Below, piece by piece: positions 37,330 through 51,188 of a DNA stretch of 56,060 nt. A program made the position numbers and the translations under genes. The first letter of the stretch is position 1; each line of letters begins with the position of its first letter. Where the stretch lies: NCBI RefSeq assembly GCF_001194135.2, contig NC_068987.1:53531211-53587270 (forward strand), written 5' to 3'. A model generated the notes under the pieces. That model ran no database searches, was not told the DNA's origin, and saw only the letters and a program-made list of their open reading frames with translations. Source of the DNA: Octopus bimaculoides. Lineage: Eukaryota.

Positions 37330-37404
37330 TATTTTGTTGTGTAGACCCCCCAACATTTTATATGGACCCTCAGAGCTCATGTGGATCCTGGTTGAGAACC
37401 ATTG
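37330..37404. mobile_element. hAT (Charlie-like) MITE right end
   Basis: ggaccc..gtggatcctggttgagaaccattg resembles the reverse complement of a CAGTGGTTCTCAACC TIR; partner end not found. Confidence 0.45.
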
Positions 37405-39304
37405 ATTTACAATATAATACTATATGTTACCATAACGTCCAGCAACGGGATAGATCGTTGCTTCTTCAGTACATACCGTCCAATATTTAACTTATAATAA
37501 AAGTTGCCTATTGGCCAATTTATTAGAGTATTGAAAGAAAGTATTGCGGTATGTTTTTCGGTTCTTTATGCTCTGAGTTATAATTTCTCCACCGCCAGAT
37601 TTGATTTTCATCTTTTGGGTGTTGATATCTAAAGAACCAGTCGAGAACTGGGCTCGATAGTATACACCGGAGTTCATATCAAAATTTTGTTGTAAAAAGT
37701 TATCTCTAATAAATTGTTTATATTTTTTATAAATGTTTATAAATGTTTTATAAATGTTTTAATGATATTTATACAATTCCTAATATTTAATTATAAAAAA
37801 AAATAGAATAGGATTTTTTAACATCAAATTGCTAGGAGTGTCCACCCGAGTAAAATAGGTACCAACGTGGTCCATAGGTAAAAATATTTGAGATACGTTA
37901 AGATATACTAAACATTTCCCTTCAAAACTACTGGCCTTGTCCCTAAATTGTTATAAATTCAGCAATAAGTGTATAGAAATCCCAAAAGGCAGAAAATTTA
38001 AAATAGGTTTACGAATAGTATGAAGGTATAGATATTACATAGGATCTATGAATGCATGTCGTTTAGAGCATATATTGCATGTCAAGAGGAACAGGACGGA
38101 AATAAGAATTACTCATACATTTCTACAGAAAACACTTTCAAGTAAACTATATAGCGTTATAAAACTATTTCTATAGAAAATGTTTTCACAATTTTACCAG
38201 AATTTGGTGACAATACATCAATATACCAATTTTATATTGATTCTGTTGCAGAAATGTTCACTTTTCGATGATGTCACTAAGCGACAGGTAGAATGTATTC
38301 AATTCAATAGTTCAAGGACAAAATGAGTAAAAGCATATGCTCTATTGCTGCACACATATGTCCGCACTAAACAAAAAATAAAATTAACAATATAAACAGT
38401 GCTATCAGCTATTACATTCTGGAAATATGTTTCCAAATCTGATTCATAAACAACTGTACAACCTCTTTACTTTCCTAGGTTTAATTTCCGGAACAGTATA
38501 TAAAATAAGAAAAGTGTTATATATGCCTATACATACATATATTTACGCATATATATATCAATGTGCATACATATGTATATATAAATATATGCATGCATGT
38601 ATATGTATAATATATGTATACACACACACACACACGCACGCACCACACACATCTTACCATCGTACTGCAAACGAAACAATATAATGCTGTGAATACAAGT
38701 GCCAGTTACAAGGAACTGCACATAAATACAAGCATTGGTATATACACGCACACGCGCACACACATGCGCATGTGTGTATGTATATGTATGCACACTTGTG
38801 TGCATGAATGTATGTGTGTGCAGATTCAGCTATGCATTGTTTCTGTATCGGCATATGTATAGAATACTGTTTTACAATACATAGAGTATTTAGGGTGTAG
38901 GCGTGTAAAAGTTGTTTACATGTTATGTATAGGGTATATATTTAGAGTCGTGTATATATGAGTGTGCTTGTAAGTGTGTGTGCGTGAGTTTGTGAGTGTA
39001 TGTGAGTTTGTATGTGTGTGTCTGTAAATGATTGTGTACCCTTTCATATATACATATTCTTCGCATATGCGTCTATTTTCCATATACAAATAAATCTTAA
39101 CAATCGAAACAGGTCTTTTCTTGCAAAATGTGGCGATAATTTTCCATTGTATAGAGTATCGCTCATATTAACGTTGCACATTTTTCCTCACATAGAGTCT
39201 TTCATCTATCGCATACCCACTCACTTCGCCTCGCCTTCTTTCTTTCTTTATTTATTTATTCCTTTATTTATTTTTTCATTCTTTCTTTCTCTTTTCCTCA
39301 CTCT

Positions 39305-39310
39305 CTCTCA

Positions 39311-39366
<56 letters not shown>
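39305..39366. repeat. (CT)/(TCTA)n microsatellite
   Basis: Direct reading. Confidence 0.92.
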
Positions 39367-39367
<1 letters not shown>

Positions 39368-40095
39368 CACTTATCTCGCCCTTTATATCTATAGACTCCT
39401 CTCATTCTATACTACACGTCTTCTGTATATCTTATTCTTCATAATTCATCCGTGACAACTGATTTNNNNNNNNNNNNNNNNNNNNNNNNNNNNNNNNNNN
39501 NNNNNNNNNNNNNNNNNNNNNNNNNNNNNNNNNNNNNNNNNNNNNNNNNNNNNNNNNNNNNNNNNNNNNNNNNNNNNNNNNNNNNNNNNNNNNNNNNNNN
39601 NNNNNNNNNNNNNNNNNNNNNNNNNNNNNNNNNNNNNNNNNNNNNNNNNNNNNNNNNNNNNNNNNNNNNNNNNNNNNNNNNNNNNNNNNNNNNNNNNNNN
39701 NNNNNNNNNNNNNNNNNNNNNNNNNNNNNNNNNNNNNNNNNNNNNNNNNNNNNNNNNNNNNNNNNNNNNNNNNNNNATTTGATTTTTATGGACGAGTCTC
39801 CTGCTTTACAAAGAAAGGAGGATTTTTTAATACACGCTTGTGATGATTGCGTATCTCTCTCTCTCACTCTCTTTTTCATTCTCTCTCTCTCTCTATGTAT
39901 ATATACATATATATATATGTATACGCACTCATAAACACATATAGGAGTGTATGAGATTGTACATATAAACCAAAGAACTTAGAGGATTCCAAGACATAAA
40001 CTCATACATTCATGTTTTACTGACTACATGATCAGAAATCTCTCTCATGTTTTTAATGCTGGTGCATGACTACCACAATGTACACAAATTGTATG

Positions 40096-40131
<36 letters not shown>

Positions 40132-40489
40132 TGTGTACGTAGTGTGTATATATATAGATACATACATGTGTACGAGTGTTTGTGTCTTTGTGTGTTCATG
40201 TGTGCGATCTTGTGAGCGTATATATGCTCGAGTATGTAATTGCCTAGGTATTTCACACGATTAAATATATATGCAATATATACATTTCGTTTTAGTATTT
40301 GGTCTCCAAGATTCTTTATGTGAATTCGTGTGTTAAAGCATATTTTGTTATGTTGGGGGCAAGTCATTCTGTTTTAATGCCTTATTACTGAACACAATTA
40401 TTGGTTCAATTTCCACTATGCTATTCTAAAATTTTCGTCGCTTCTTGCAACCTCTACAAAAGTTGTTGACTCTGCCCTTTATCAGAGCT

Positions 40490-40554
40490 GCGTCCTTTTT
40501 GTTTGTTTGTTTGTTTGTGCGCAGGTGTATGCGTCATTGTACATGTGTATGCAC

Positions 40555-40585
<31 letters not shown>

Positions 40586-40960
40586 TGTATGTATGTTTGT
40601 TTGTTTGTATTATGTATGTGTGTGTGCATGCGTATATATGTATATGTGTGTGTGTTTACATTTGTATGTAGGTATTCTGTATATTCATGTATTTGTGTGT
40701 GTATGTTTGTGTGTTTATATGTGTGTATGTGTATCTGTGTGTGCGTGTTTGAGTGTGTCTATGTGGATGAGTTTGAGTGACTATGTACACGCAGCTGTTA
40801 TGTATGGATGTGTGTCTCCACATGCGTCCTTTTGTGTGTGTGGAGTGTGCGTGTATGTATATTATCATGTGTTTCCGTTTCCTGTTGTGTATCTATATGT
40901 GTGTGCTTGTCTGTCCGTATTACACATGTATTACCCGTGTGCCTGTCTAACAAATCTACC
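40490..40960. repeat. Degenerate TG/TATG low-complexity tract
   Basis: Direct reading. Confidence 0.8.
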
Positions 40961-41149
40961 GTTGTATGTACAAACTGTGAGTATTGGGCTATCACCACCT
41001 TCTATTTTGTAGAGATGATGTTTCATTTATGAGGATGTACTCCAGTATTTGTCCGAGTGTTGCTTGTATAAAATGCGGATGTCAAGTGCTTAGATAAAAT
41101 GCGGATGTTAAGTCGACCCAGTATTCCTCCAAGTTGGTCTTGGGCATAT

Positions 41150-41640
41150 TGGTAGAGTATGGAGGACTGTTTTTTTTTTTTTTTTGTCGTCATACTGTCT
41201 CAGATGTTCATTTACCCTCTCAGCAACGCTCCTAGATTTTATACCAATGTCTGTCATGTTCTTGTCTTTACAAGCACCCTCTATGCACTTTATGCTGTAG
41301 ACTACACATCTAGTTCTACAGTTAATGCCAGGGTTATTCTTACGTACCATGTAATTTTCATTGATGCATTTGGTATTCTCAAAGGGGTACGTCCTATATA
41401 ACTGTAATCTGATGGAGTTCCCTAGCTTTTCAACGATTTTAATGTTTGAGTTTTGTCTCCTTCAGAACTTTCCCAAATCTTCGGGCCCACAGTCCACAGC
41501 CCATGGAGAACTAGCCCGATTATATGTGTGCATGCTGCGTGTATTCTCTTATTTTCCTGTCATGCAAAGTCCTTCTTTGATATACTAAGGGCTTATTCCA
41601 TCTTCTCATATATATACTCTGAGAATAAACATTTTATTTA
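41150..41640 (-). pseudogene. PLE GIY-YIG endonuclease remnant (further lineage)
   Basis: ORF 41108-41350: INCRTRCVVYSIKCIEGACKDKNMTDIGIKSRSVAERVNEH = VY..C..C..(Y)IG.T.R....R..EH. Confidence 0.75.
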
Positions 41641-42650
41641 ACTTACTCCGCGTTATCGATGATATAATATCATCTTCTGTACTTGAAACTTTTCACCAAA
41701 TTGCTTGCACTTATCACATTTTATTCGATATCATTTCGTTTTTCTTCGCTTCATTTCTATATTTTATGTACTTGTCCATGCCCTCTACATATTGATTTAA
41801 GAATTATTGCTTTCAAGTGTTGCATACTTTACGTCAATAAAAAAACAAACATTCTTTAGAGTTGAGGTTTATTTACTTATCTTGTAGTATAGATTACTTA
41901 TCTTATAGTCTAGATTTAATTTCAATTTCTCAATATATTGTTCGACGTATACAAGTTCACAAATTAAACAACTTCCATTACAGATTAGTGTTCATAAATT
42001 CTCCATATTTGTGATACTGTACTTGGAAATTAAAAAGAATATGTTACTAACCTCAACATGAAATGTACGATACTTCGAAGAAGCAAACTTTATGAGTGCA
42101 AGAATAAAACCACGATATTTGTGTAGCTCAGAACCACTACAAGCTACAAAACATAAAACACATTAAAATCGATATAGATTATCATACAATTCAAAAAGCT
42201 AGATGTAGTATTTCCCAAACTGTCGTTACATTCAGAAGCTTCTGATGGTAATCAGAAAATTAGTTATACCACCGAAAACAATGGCGCAACATTCTCCTTT
42301 CATCTACCCATTAGAACATTCTAATAACCTTTAAGGAAATTTCGTGGTTCTCTCCTAAATGTGAACTGCTAAATGTATTGAGTCTATTAATATGGGCATG
42401 AAAGTATTACCTTGTATATATATATACATATATACACACACAAACATCCACACACACACACACACNNNNNNNNNNNNNNNNNNNNNNNNNNNNNNNNNNN
42501 NNNNNNNNNNNNNNNNNNNNNNNNNNNNNNNNNNNNNNNNNNNNNNNNNNNNNNNNNNNNNNNNNNNNNNNNNNNNNNNNNNNNNNNNNNNNNNNNNNNN
42601 NNNNNNNNNNNNNNNNNNNNNNNNNNNNNATATATATATATATATATATA

Positions 42651-44517
42651 TAATAGAAATATGTTTCAAAAAGAAAATAGAAACCACACGTGAAAAGATA
42701 TGGGGAAAGTAAGAAGAAAAAAAGCGAAAATGCACATTGAATATCAAAAACTAAAGGCTTTTTAATAAAAAGTACTGATAAATAAATACAATTAGATGAA
42801 CTGAGGTAGAATTACGAGGAATTAAATTCATTATTTTGAATTGGTAAAGAGATTCAAAGTGAAACAGGTATCGTCATTGCTGTTCACTGGTATCGTGTAA
42901 AAAGATTGAATAAAAAGATTGTGTAAGGGAGGTAAGTAGTTCTGGACGTGGTATAATTAGGGTCGATATAATAATGTAATATGAATGGTCTAAGGGATGT
43001 ATGGGTGTTAGTGGCATTATTGATAATGTTAGTAGCGTTCTGTATTATATTGTTTTCACGTTAAGTTGTAGATGATATTTATTGATGAACGTTGGTTCTT
43101 TATACATTCTTTGCTGTACTGAGGTGTTCTGTGAACATTGATAGAAGGGGAAAATTAAGAAATTAGGACTAAGGTTCCTAGCACATTTTTCTATATGTTC
43201 ACTGACCTGTATCTGTCTGTATTGTGGGTTGCAGATTTGTTCTTCGAAGGAGTGGTTCTTCGACTGAGTGATATTCCTGTTTCGCCAATATATTGATTAC
43301 CGCACACTAAACAGGTAATGGCATAGATTAGGTTTTCCGAGGTACAGGTGATATTTGATTTAATGTTAAATATTTCACCTTGTTTAAAGTGGAACTCTGT
43401 ACCCTCTCAAAAGGTGGGGGCATATGCCACAGTTAGGCCGACCGCATTTTTTCACTTTTGGTTCCGTTGTTAATGGATAGAGTCTTGCGTTGTTTAATAA
43501 TTTTTTCAATGATTTCGCTTGCATTTTACTCTTGAAAATTTTTTGTGTGCCTAAAATTTTGTTCATTGTTTTATCTCCTGTGAGAATGGGTAGATTTTGG
43601 ATGATAATGTTGAAGGCTTCGTTGTAACTAGGGTCATGTGTGGAGATGTATGGGAGTATTTTTAAGTCTGGTGTAGTATTTCGGTTGAATTACCTTAATG
43701 TCCGTATGTCTATTTTCTTTCCTCGTTTAATCACATCATTTATTAATGATGTTGGGTAATGTCTCTTGATCTGAGTTCAAGGCGTCTTCGTTGACGAGTA
43801 TTGGTGTCCGAAACTATGGTACAGATTCTTTTCGCTAGATTATAAGGTATATTAATTTTTATGTGTTTGGTCTGACATGAGTTGAATAATAGGTATTGTT
43901 TTGAATCTGTGGGTTTATAGACGATAGCTATTTCGATGTGGCTATTGACTATTTTAAGGGAGCTGTTTATTGCTATGTTCCATGGTAAATTGTATGTTGC
44001 TATTGATACTGTTGAGCATTATTTTGTAATTTTCCCCTTCTATCAATGTTCACAGAACACCTCAATACAGTAAAGAATGAATAAAGAACCAACTTTCATC
44101 AATGAATATCATCCACAACTTTAACATGAACACAACATAATAAAGAACACTACTAACCTCACCAATAATGCCATTAACACCCATACATCCCTTACACCAT
44201 TCATATTACAATATTATATCGACCCTAATTGCACCACGTCCAGAACTACTTACCTCCCTTACGCATTTTTTTTACTCAGGGGTTCGTAGACCCAACACCG
44301 TTTGATAATTCGTGCGCATTCAGATCCAGTTCACAACAATGACGATACCGGTTTGACTTTGAATCTCTTTAACAATACAAAATAATGAACTTAATTCTTC
44401 TTAATTCTATCTCAGTTCATCTAATTGTATTTATTTATCGCTACTTTTTATTAAAAAGCCTTTATTTTTCTTTTATATTCAATGTGCATTTTTGCTTTTT
44501 TTCTTCTTACTTTTCCT
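42651..44517 (-). mobile_element. Neptune-type PLE, 5'-truncated, with an inverted duplicate of its 3' end
   Basis: Minus strand 44020-43100: LNSINSNIQFTMEH..YKPTDSKQYL.FNSC; Cys-rich linker KCGRPNCGICPHL; LIYAITCLVCGNQYIGETG; 44028-44517 is an inverted copy of 42705-43155. Confidence 0.9.
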
Positions 44518-44544
44518 GTATATATGTATGTATATGTATGTATG

Positions 44545-44650
44545 TAGAGAGAGAGGAAGAGAGAGAAAGAAAAAAGAGAGAAAGGGAGAGAGAGAAAGAG
44601 AGAGAGAGAAAGGGAGAGAGAGAAAGAGAGAGAGACAAAGGGAGCGAGAA
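44545..44650. repeat. (GA)-rich microsatellite
   Basis: Direct reading. Confidence 0.85.
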
Positions 44651-45222
44651 AAAATAGTGAGGGATTATCAGTCCGGGCAAAATACTACATATGCTCTCTG
44701 TTGGCACACCAGGCTAACAGTATTACTAAGATTAGTGAAGAAACCCAGGTAATTTTTTGGTACGGTCACAGATTATGGTTCATCACAATTCTATATTGTA
44801 CATTGGTGGATGGGCTCCGCATAAAATGGTTTTTACACATATAAGAAAAATTTTAAATAATGGTCATTACATATAATAATGTTCATTACATATAATTCAT
44901 ATATTTGAAAAATCTGTCTTACTGCTATTTTCATAGGTTCAATCAATTGGTCAATTGAGCAATTGAGGCAAATTGGACGACCTAAGAAAATTAATGCTAC
45001 TTTCGTCAGATCCATTTCTAGATATAAGAAGCAGAGCACTTGAGGAATGGCTTCTGTGTGGGGAAGGTGTGAGAGATGGGGATCTTCAATTTCCCTCAAC
45101 TGATCAATAAACCAGTTGAGTCTACCTATTTCTAATGTACTTATAATGACTACTGGAAACAGCTGTAAGCGACATTTGTTCAAATAAAGGAATTACGTAA
45201 TGGCCATTATTTTTAACTTGTT

Positions 45223-45280
<58 letters not shown>

Positions 45281-47358
45281 GTGTGACTAAGTACGTATGT
45301 TTTCTTTTCTTCCTTCAAACCGTGCCTGTTACCAAACTCATTAAAACGTTGGTGCTTTCCTGATTTCAGTTTATTATGTTAAAATTGATTAATTAGCATA
45401 TTAAGGAAGAAATCTACAGCTTATACTCCTATTAACTTGTGAAAACCTTGGGAAAAAAAGAAAGACTAGTGGAGCCAAATCAAGTAAGGCATTTTTTGTA
45501 CTCTCTTTGACACCGTTCAGGCATCTCCGGGGATAATGTCAATTCACCTAGAAGGCTCTATGCTCTATAACCTACAGGCTGCTGGTAACCCCCTCCTCTT
45601 TAGCCCACTGATCCGTTCTGTTCAGACCTCCAAGTCTAAAGAGTGAAATTGATTTGAGCGAAGTGACTAACTTTAAAAGTACTAAGTACTGCATTGATGG
45701 AGGAAAGACTAGAGCTACAGATTCTAGGTGATACTGACAGGCACAGCTCAACTATTTATTTAGGCTTTGCCACTCTTCTTCTTCTTTGGACAATAAGGAC
45801 TGCAGTCGAGTTTGTATGTATGTATGCATGTATGTATGTATGTATGTGTATAAAACAGTCAAGTTATTTCGGGAGAAAATCGCGCAATATAAATACTTAT
45901 AAATATGAGATATATGAATTATGTGTGTATTTTTAAGAATCTATGAATGCATCGCGGTATTAAGTGACTCGTAAACTACCAGAGTCAAACCGAATATCAG
46001 CGGACACACAATGGACCTTCACGGAAAAATTATCTGACGACCCAAACACAGTGTCACTGTAGTACACTACAATTTATGGAGAATCTTTCATCAGTAACCC
46101 AATCGGAAACTGTAGATAAATTTAAAATTATTTCACTAGTTTCAGTCATGATGGTCCACATTTATTATAAAATGTTATCTATTTCAAATCATTAGGAATA
46201 TATTATACTGAATCAACGAAAGAATATTACTGGCAGTTTGATGATATATGACACGCTGAATAACTATGGTCGTCTCAGTGTTTCCATTACTACCATATTG
46301 TTAACGCTGCACAATCAAGCTATCAAGCAGTGAACTTATTTTCATTGAAAAGATGTAATTCTGTTTTATTTCACAGTTGATATCAATATCTAAGAAGTCA
46401 AAAGAATAAACAATACTAGTCTTTCAATGTGGTACATTCTAACAAATACTCTTGGCATTCACTCTCACAAAATGAGAGCCGACGGTTTTATTTCAAATAT
46501 GAAAGGAAAGTTTACGTCTTGTTAACTTAAAATTCTAATTTATCACGCTGAACATTTGAATATAATCCAGATGTAACCAAACGTGAAATTAATTGCTATA
46601 TTGGAAATGATTATATTATTTTCTGAGTCGAACTTTAAGTAAATCTGAACCAATATCAAATAATTTCACATTGTTAGATCTCCTGAGTTCCAGACTAGAC
46701 AACTGACAAGTAGTAGGATAATGTGTGTCCGCATACATACATACATACCTGCATACATACGTACATAATATATACACACACGCACATATATATATATACA
46801 TACATACATACATACGTACATAATACATAAACACACACACACACACACATATATGCATATATATATACATACATATATACATACATACATATACATATAT
46901 GTATGTATATATATATATATATATATATNNNNNNNNNNNNNNNNNNNNNNNNNNNNNNNNNNNNNNNNNNNNNNNNNNNNNNNNNNNNNNNNNNNNNNNN
47001 NNNNNNNNNNNNNNNNNNNNNNNNNNNNNNNNNNNNNNNNNNNNNNNNNNNNNNNNNNNNNNNNNNNNNNNNNNNNNNNNNNNNNNNNNNNNNNNNNNNN
47101 NNNNNNNNNNNNNNNNNNNNNNNNNNNNNNNNNNNNNNNNNNNNNNNNNNNNNNNNNNNNNNNNNNNNNNNNNNNNNNNNNNNNNNNNNNNNNNNNNNNN
47201 NNNNNNNNNNNNNNNNNNNNNNNNNNNNNNNNNNNNNNNNNNNNNNNNNNNNNNNNNNNNNNNNNNNNNNNNNNNNNNNNNNNNNNNNNNNNNNNNNNNN
47301 NNNNNNNNNNNNNNNNNNNNNNNNNNNNNNNNNNNNNNNNNNNNNNNNATATATATAT

Positions 47359-47399
<41 letters not shown>

Positions 47400-47401
<2 letters not shown>

Positions 47402-48812
47402 CCCAGAATCACGCTAATAGCTTACGAGTGAAATTTAGCATTTCTCGGTTTTCTGTGAATCAACTTTGCTGTTTTTGTTTGCACCTTATGGCAACACTAT
47501 TGTTATATTCTCATTATTCTGTGTAACGTCCTTTCTTTTTTATTTCAGATTCTTTAGTTTTGGGGCAAACTATGCTAACGGCGTCTTAACGAAAACGCCT
47601 AAACGATGAAGAAAAGTTTGTTATCATCAAGTAAGGTGTTAAAGGCATTCCTCTTCATGTCATTGCGGAAAAGTTAGGTCGTCATGTAGACACGGTTAGA
47701 TGATTTGATTGCGGGACTTCCGAGATTGCGATAGCTAGGGATTCAAGGAATATTCGCCGCAAATTATGTGAGAACTTAGACAAAAAAGCAAAACTATTTT
47801 CGCCGCCTGCTGACTTCGTTATGTACCGAAAACCACAAGAAATCACATCCTCAAGAGCATGACACCCATGCATGAAACTCTTAAACTGCCTCCTTTGAAG
47901 TCCTGTCACAGGAGTTTGAGGCTTTAATGGGCCCAAAAGTGCATGAGATTAGCCATGAGTTATACGACCTTTGACGGACGCGGCGGTTGGGGATGAGCGT
48001 CACCAACGTTTATGACGTCAAAAACAGAGTGTTGGAGACATGCAGTCGGCTAGCATCAGTGGGAATAAACTTGTTAGCCCAGTCAGAGCGTCTGAATTTG
48101 TTAAAGTGACAAAAGCCGCCTACTGCAATCTCCTGAGGTAAGTCTTAGATCTCCAGCTAGATGATATACCGTTGTCACTTCTAAGGAATCTCGCATTCAT
48201 GGATGACAACGCTCCCTCCACTGTGCTAGGACCACCCAAACATAACCGGGGTCTTACAGCATACCAGGTGAAAGGTTGATGGTGTGGCCGCCAGCATCTC
48301 CGGATCTCAACCCTATCGAAAATCTTTGGTCCATCATTAAACAAGATGTTTATGCCGATGGACGCCAATTTACGTCGAAAGATGTCTTATGGGTGACGAA
48401 CCTGCTACTATTAAGAAGTTAACAGATTGCATGACTAATAAGGTTTTTGAAGTTATCTGTCAAAATGGTGTTCATGTGGCTAAATAATTCATTATGTCAA
48501 TAAATGTTATAATATTAAGGTTTTCTGTCAAATATGTACTCAATGTATGTTTAATACATATCATTATCATTCATTTTCTGAAAATCAATGTCGAGATGGG
48601 CTATTTTCATTCCAAAACTATTATCGTAGTTCACTCAGTAACTGAAGAATCTGAATTTAAGAAATGAAGGACGTTACACAGAATAATGGAAATATTACAT
48701 TGGCATTGCTATAGTGTGAAAGCCATCTGGGGAAAAGGTTTATCAAAATCAATTCACAGAGAACCGTGAAGTCCTAAATTTCACTCCTAACACATTAGCG
48801 TGGTTCTGGGTG
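47400..48812 (+). mobile_element. Tc1-family (DD34E) transposon, both ~70-bp TIRs, TA TSD, decayed transposase
   Basis: TA-CACCCAGAA(T/C)CACGCTAAT.. TIRs; HTH IPLHVIAEKLGRHVDTVR; FMDDNAPS; WPPASPDLNPIENLWSIIK. Confidence 0.93.
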
Positions 48813-49139
48813 TATATATATATATATATATATATGTATATNNNNNNNNNNNNNNNNNNNNNNNNNNNNNNNNNNNNNNNNNNNNNNNNNNNNNNNNNNN
48901 NNNNNNNNNNNNNNNNNNNNNNNNNNNNNNNNNNNNNNNNNNNNNNNNNNNNNNNNNNNNNNNNNNNNNNNNNNNNNNNNNNNNNNNNNNNNNNNNNNNN
49001 NNNNNNNNNNNNNNNNNNNNNNNNNNNNNNNNNNNNNNNNNNNNNNNNNNNNNNNNNNNNATATATATACCAATTAAATTGTATGGCAAATAAACATACG
49101 ACATAATGTATGTTTATATGTATATATATATATAAATTA

Positions 49140-49375
49140 GATTGTATAGTAAATAAACATACAACATAACGTATAGTGAGTGTAAAACCGGATGGGAGAC
49201 GAACACAGAAGGTCCCTAATGTTTCAGCAGTTATCAACCATTTCTTAATACACAGTTTCGCACCTTCAATGATAAGACAGAGCTTCACAATTGGCGGTGC
49301 CAGCAAAAATAGTTGTTTTTTTGCGGATAATTCAGGGCCGAGAGCAAGCAAGACAAAACAAAGGAAAATGACACA
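49140..49375 (+). repeat. Solo/partial copy of the ~240-bp arm of the 49781-50311 element
   Basis: gtaaataaacatac..gtaaaaccgga.gggaga..acacagaagg..atacacagtttc.cacc..caattggcgg shared with 49836-50040. Confidence 0.85.
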
Positions 49376-49780
49376 GTGTGTGATTTAGGACGGTGGACAA
49401 ACAGTCGAGTAAAATATAGCCTTACGACTAAGAAGACGAGAATAGTGGGTAACGCTTAGAAAATGTCCTAAATTCTGCAGAGACAGAGAATTTGCGACTG
49501 GTCAGCTGGGGACCAATTTAAGAAAGAGAAAGGGAATGTTGTCACGGGTCACGTGACAACATCAGGTAGAAGAGGAAGACAGTAAGAAAGAGGGAAGGAG
49601 ATACAGAGACAAATAGGGGAAGTGATGAAGGAAGAAAAGAGGAAGGAGAAAGGCTAGGAATAGAAAGGGAGAAAGTGGAAGGCTAGAATAGAAGTGAGAG
49701 GGTGAGAGAAAGAAAAGGGAAAATAATGAATGCAAGTGAGAGGGTCACACGTGTATATAGAAAAACTTAGTTGTTAATAA

Positions 49781-50311
49781 AATTTCGGTCTGTGCTGCGT
49801 TCCATTACATAGTAAATGAAAAAAAAATGTATGGTAAATAAACATACGACAACGTATACTGAGAGTAAAACCGGACGGGAGACAAACACAGAAGGTCTTT
49901 AATTCTTCCTCAGTTATTACCCAATTGTTAATACACAGTTTCACACCTTTATTTGTAAGACTGAGAACTTCCCAATTGGCGGCGCCCGCAAAAGAAATTC
50001 TCTTTGCGGAGAATTCAGGGTTGAAAGCAAACAGAACAAAAGAAAACAAAGCTCTCGGCCTTGAATTCTCCTCAAAAAAGAATTGTTTTTTTTTTTTTTT
50101 TACGTGGGCGCCGCGAATTGTGACGCTCTCAGTCTTATACTTAAAGGTGCGAAACTGTATATTAGGAATTGGTTGATAACTGATGAAGAATTAGAGACTT
50201 TCTGTGTTTGTCATCCGTCCGGTTTTACACTCAGTATACGTTATGTCATACGTTTATTTACCACACATTTTCTCATTTATTAAATAATGGAACGCAACAC
50301 ATACAGAAATT
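49781..50311. mobile_element. Palindromic MITE / fold-back element
   Basis: 49781-50030 and 50060-50311 are reverse complements (~75-80%); termini aatttc.gt.tgtg.tgcgttccatta. Confidence 0.85.
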
Positions 50312-50586
50312 GCAAATATTGACGCTAAATCCACAAGTTTTCTATTCTCTTTCTGTTTATTTTCACTTATTCCTTTCAGTTGAAAAACGTAGGTTTGAAA
50401 TGTAAAAGACTGTTTCACTTTCTCGAGTATCAAACTAATAATACACCTGCTTGTTGTTCATACACCTGTCTCCGTCATTTGTTTTTTCTCTCACCTCCCG
50501 AGCGTTAAACTAATACATCTCTTTGTTGTTTACACACCCGTCTTCCTCTTTTATTTGTTGCAAATTCTCACTATATATATATATAT

Positions 50587-50675
<89 letters not shown>

Positions 50676-51188
50676 AATAGGTAAATGGATAGAAAGATAG
50701 ATGGATAGATAGACAAACAGACAGACAGACAGACAGATAGATAGATAGATTCAAGCAGTGCTATATATAAATAAACACATTCACATACGCATAGACGCCG
50801 CTCACATACACACACACACGCACGCACACACATACATATATAAGATGATATATACATAAAAATATAAATATCTGCAGGCATGTACGTGCGCGTGTGTGTG
50901 CGTATGTGTCTGTGTATACGTAAAATCCTTCTTACATAAAAAAAACAAAGTCATGCATATGCTGATGAACATGCATGAATGCAAATATCCACTTTAATAT
51001 ACTTCCACACAAATTAACAGTTTAACTTTGACTGAAGTATATTGTAATATTTCGCGTTACAAATTTTCAGAATCTAATACAATGCAAAAGATGCGAAAAA
51101 TATAATACAGTGACTGAATCTTAACCCACGTCATATATATATATATACTTTTTGAGAAAGGTGAATCTGAAAGCTAATAGTGCCATAA

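Noticed and set aside
6330-50311. Repeated units suggestive of a CRISPR array or prokaryotic system
   Set aside because: No short repeat-spacer periodicity, no operon-like ORFs; the sequence is eukaryotic repeat-rich DNA
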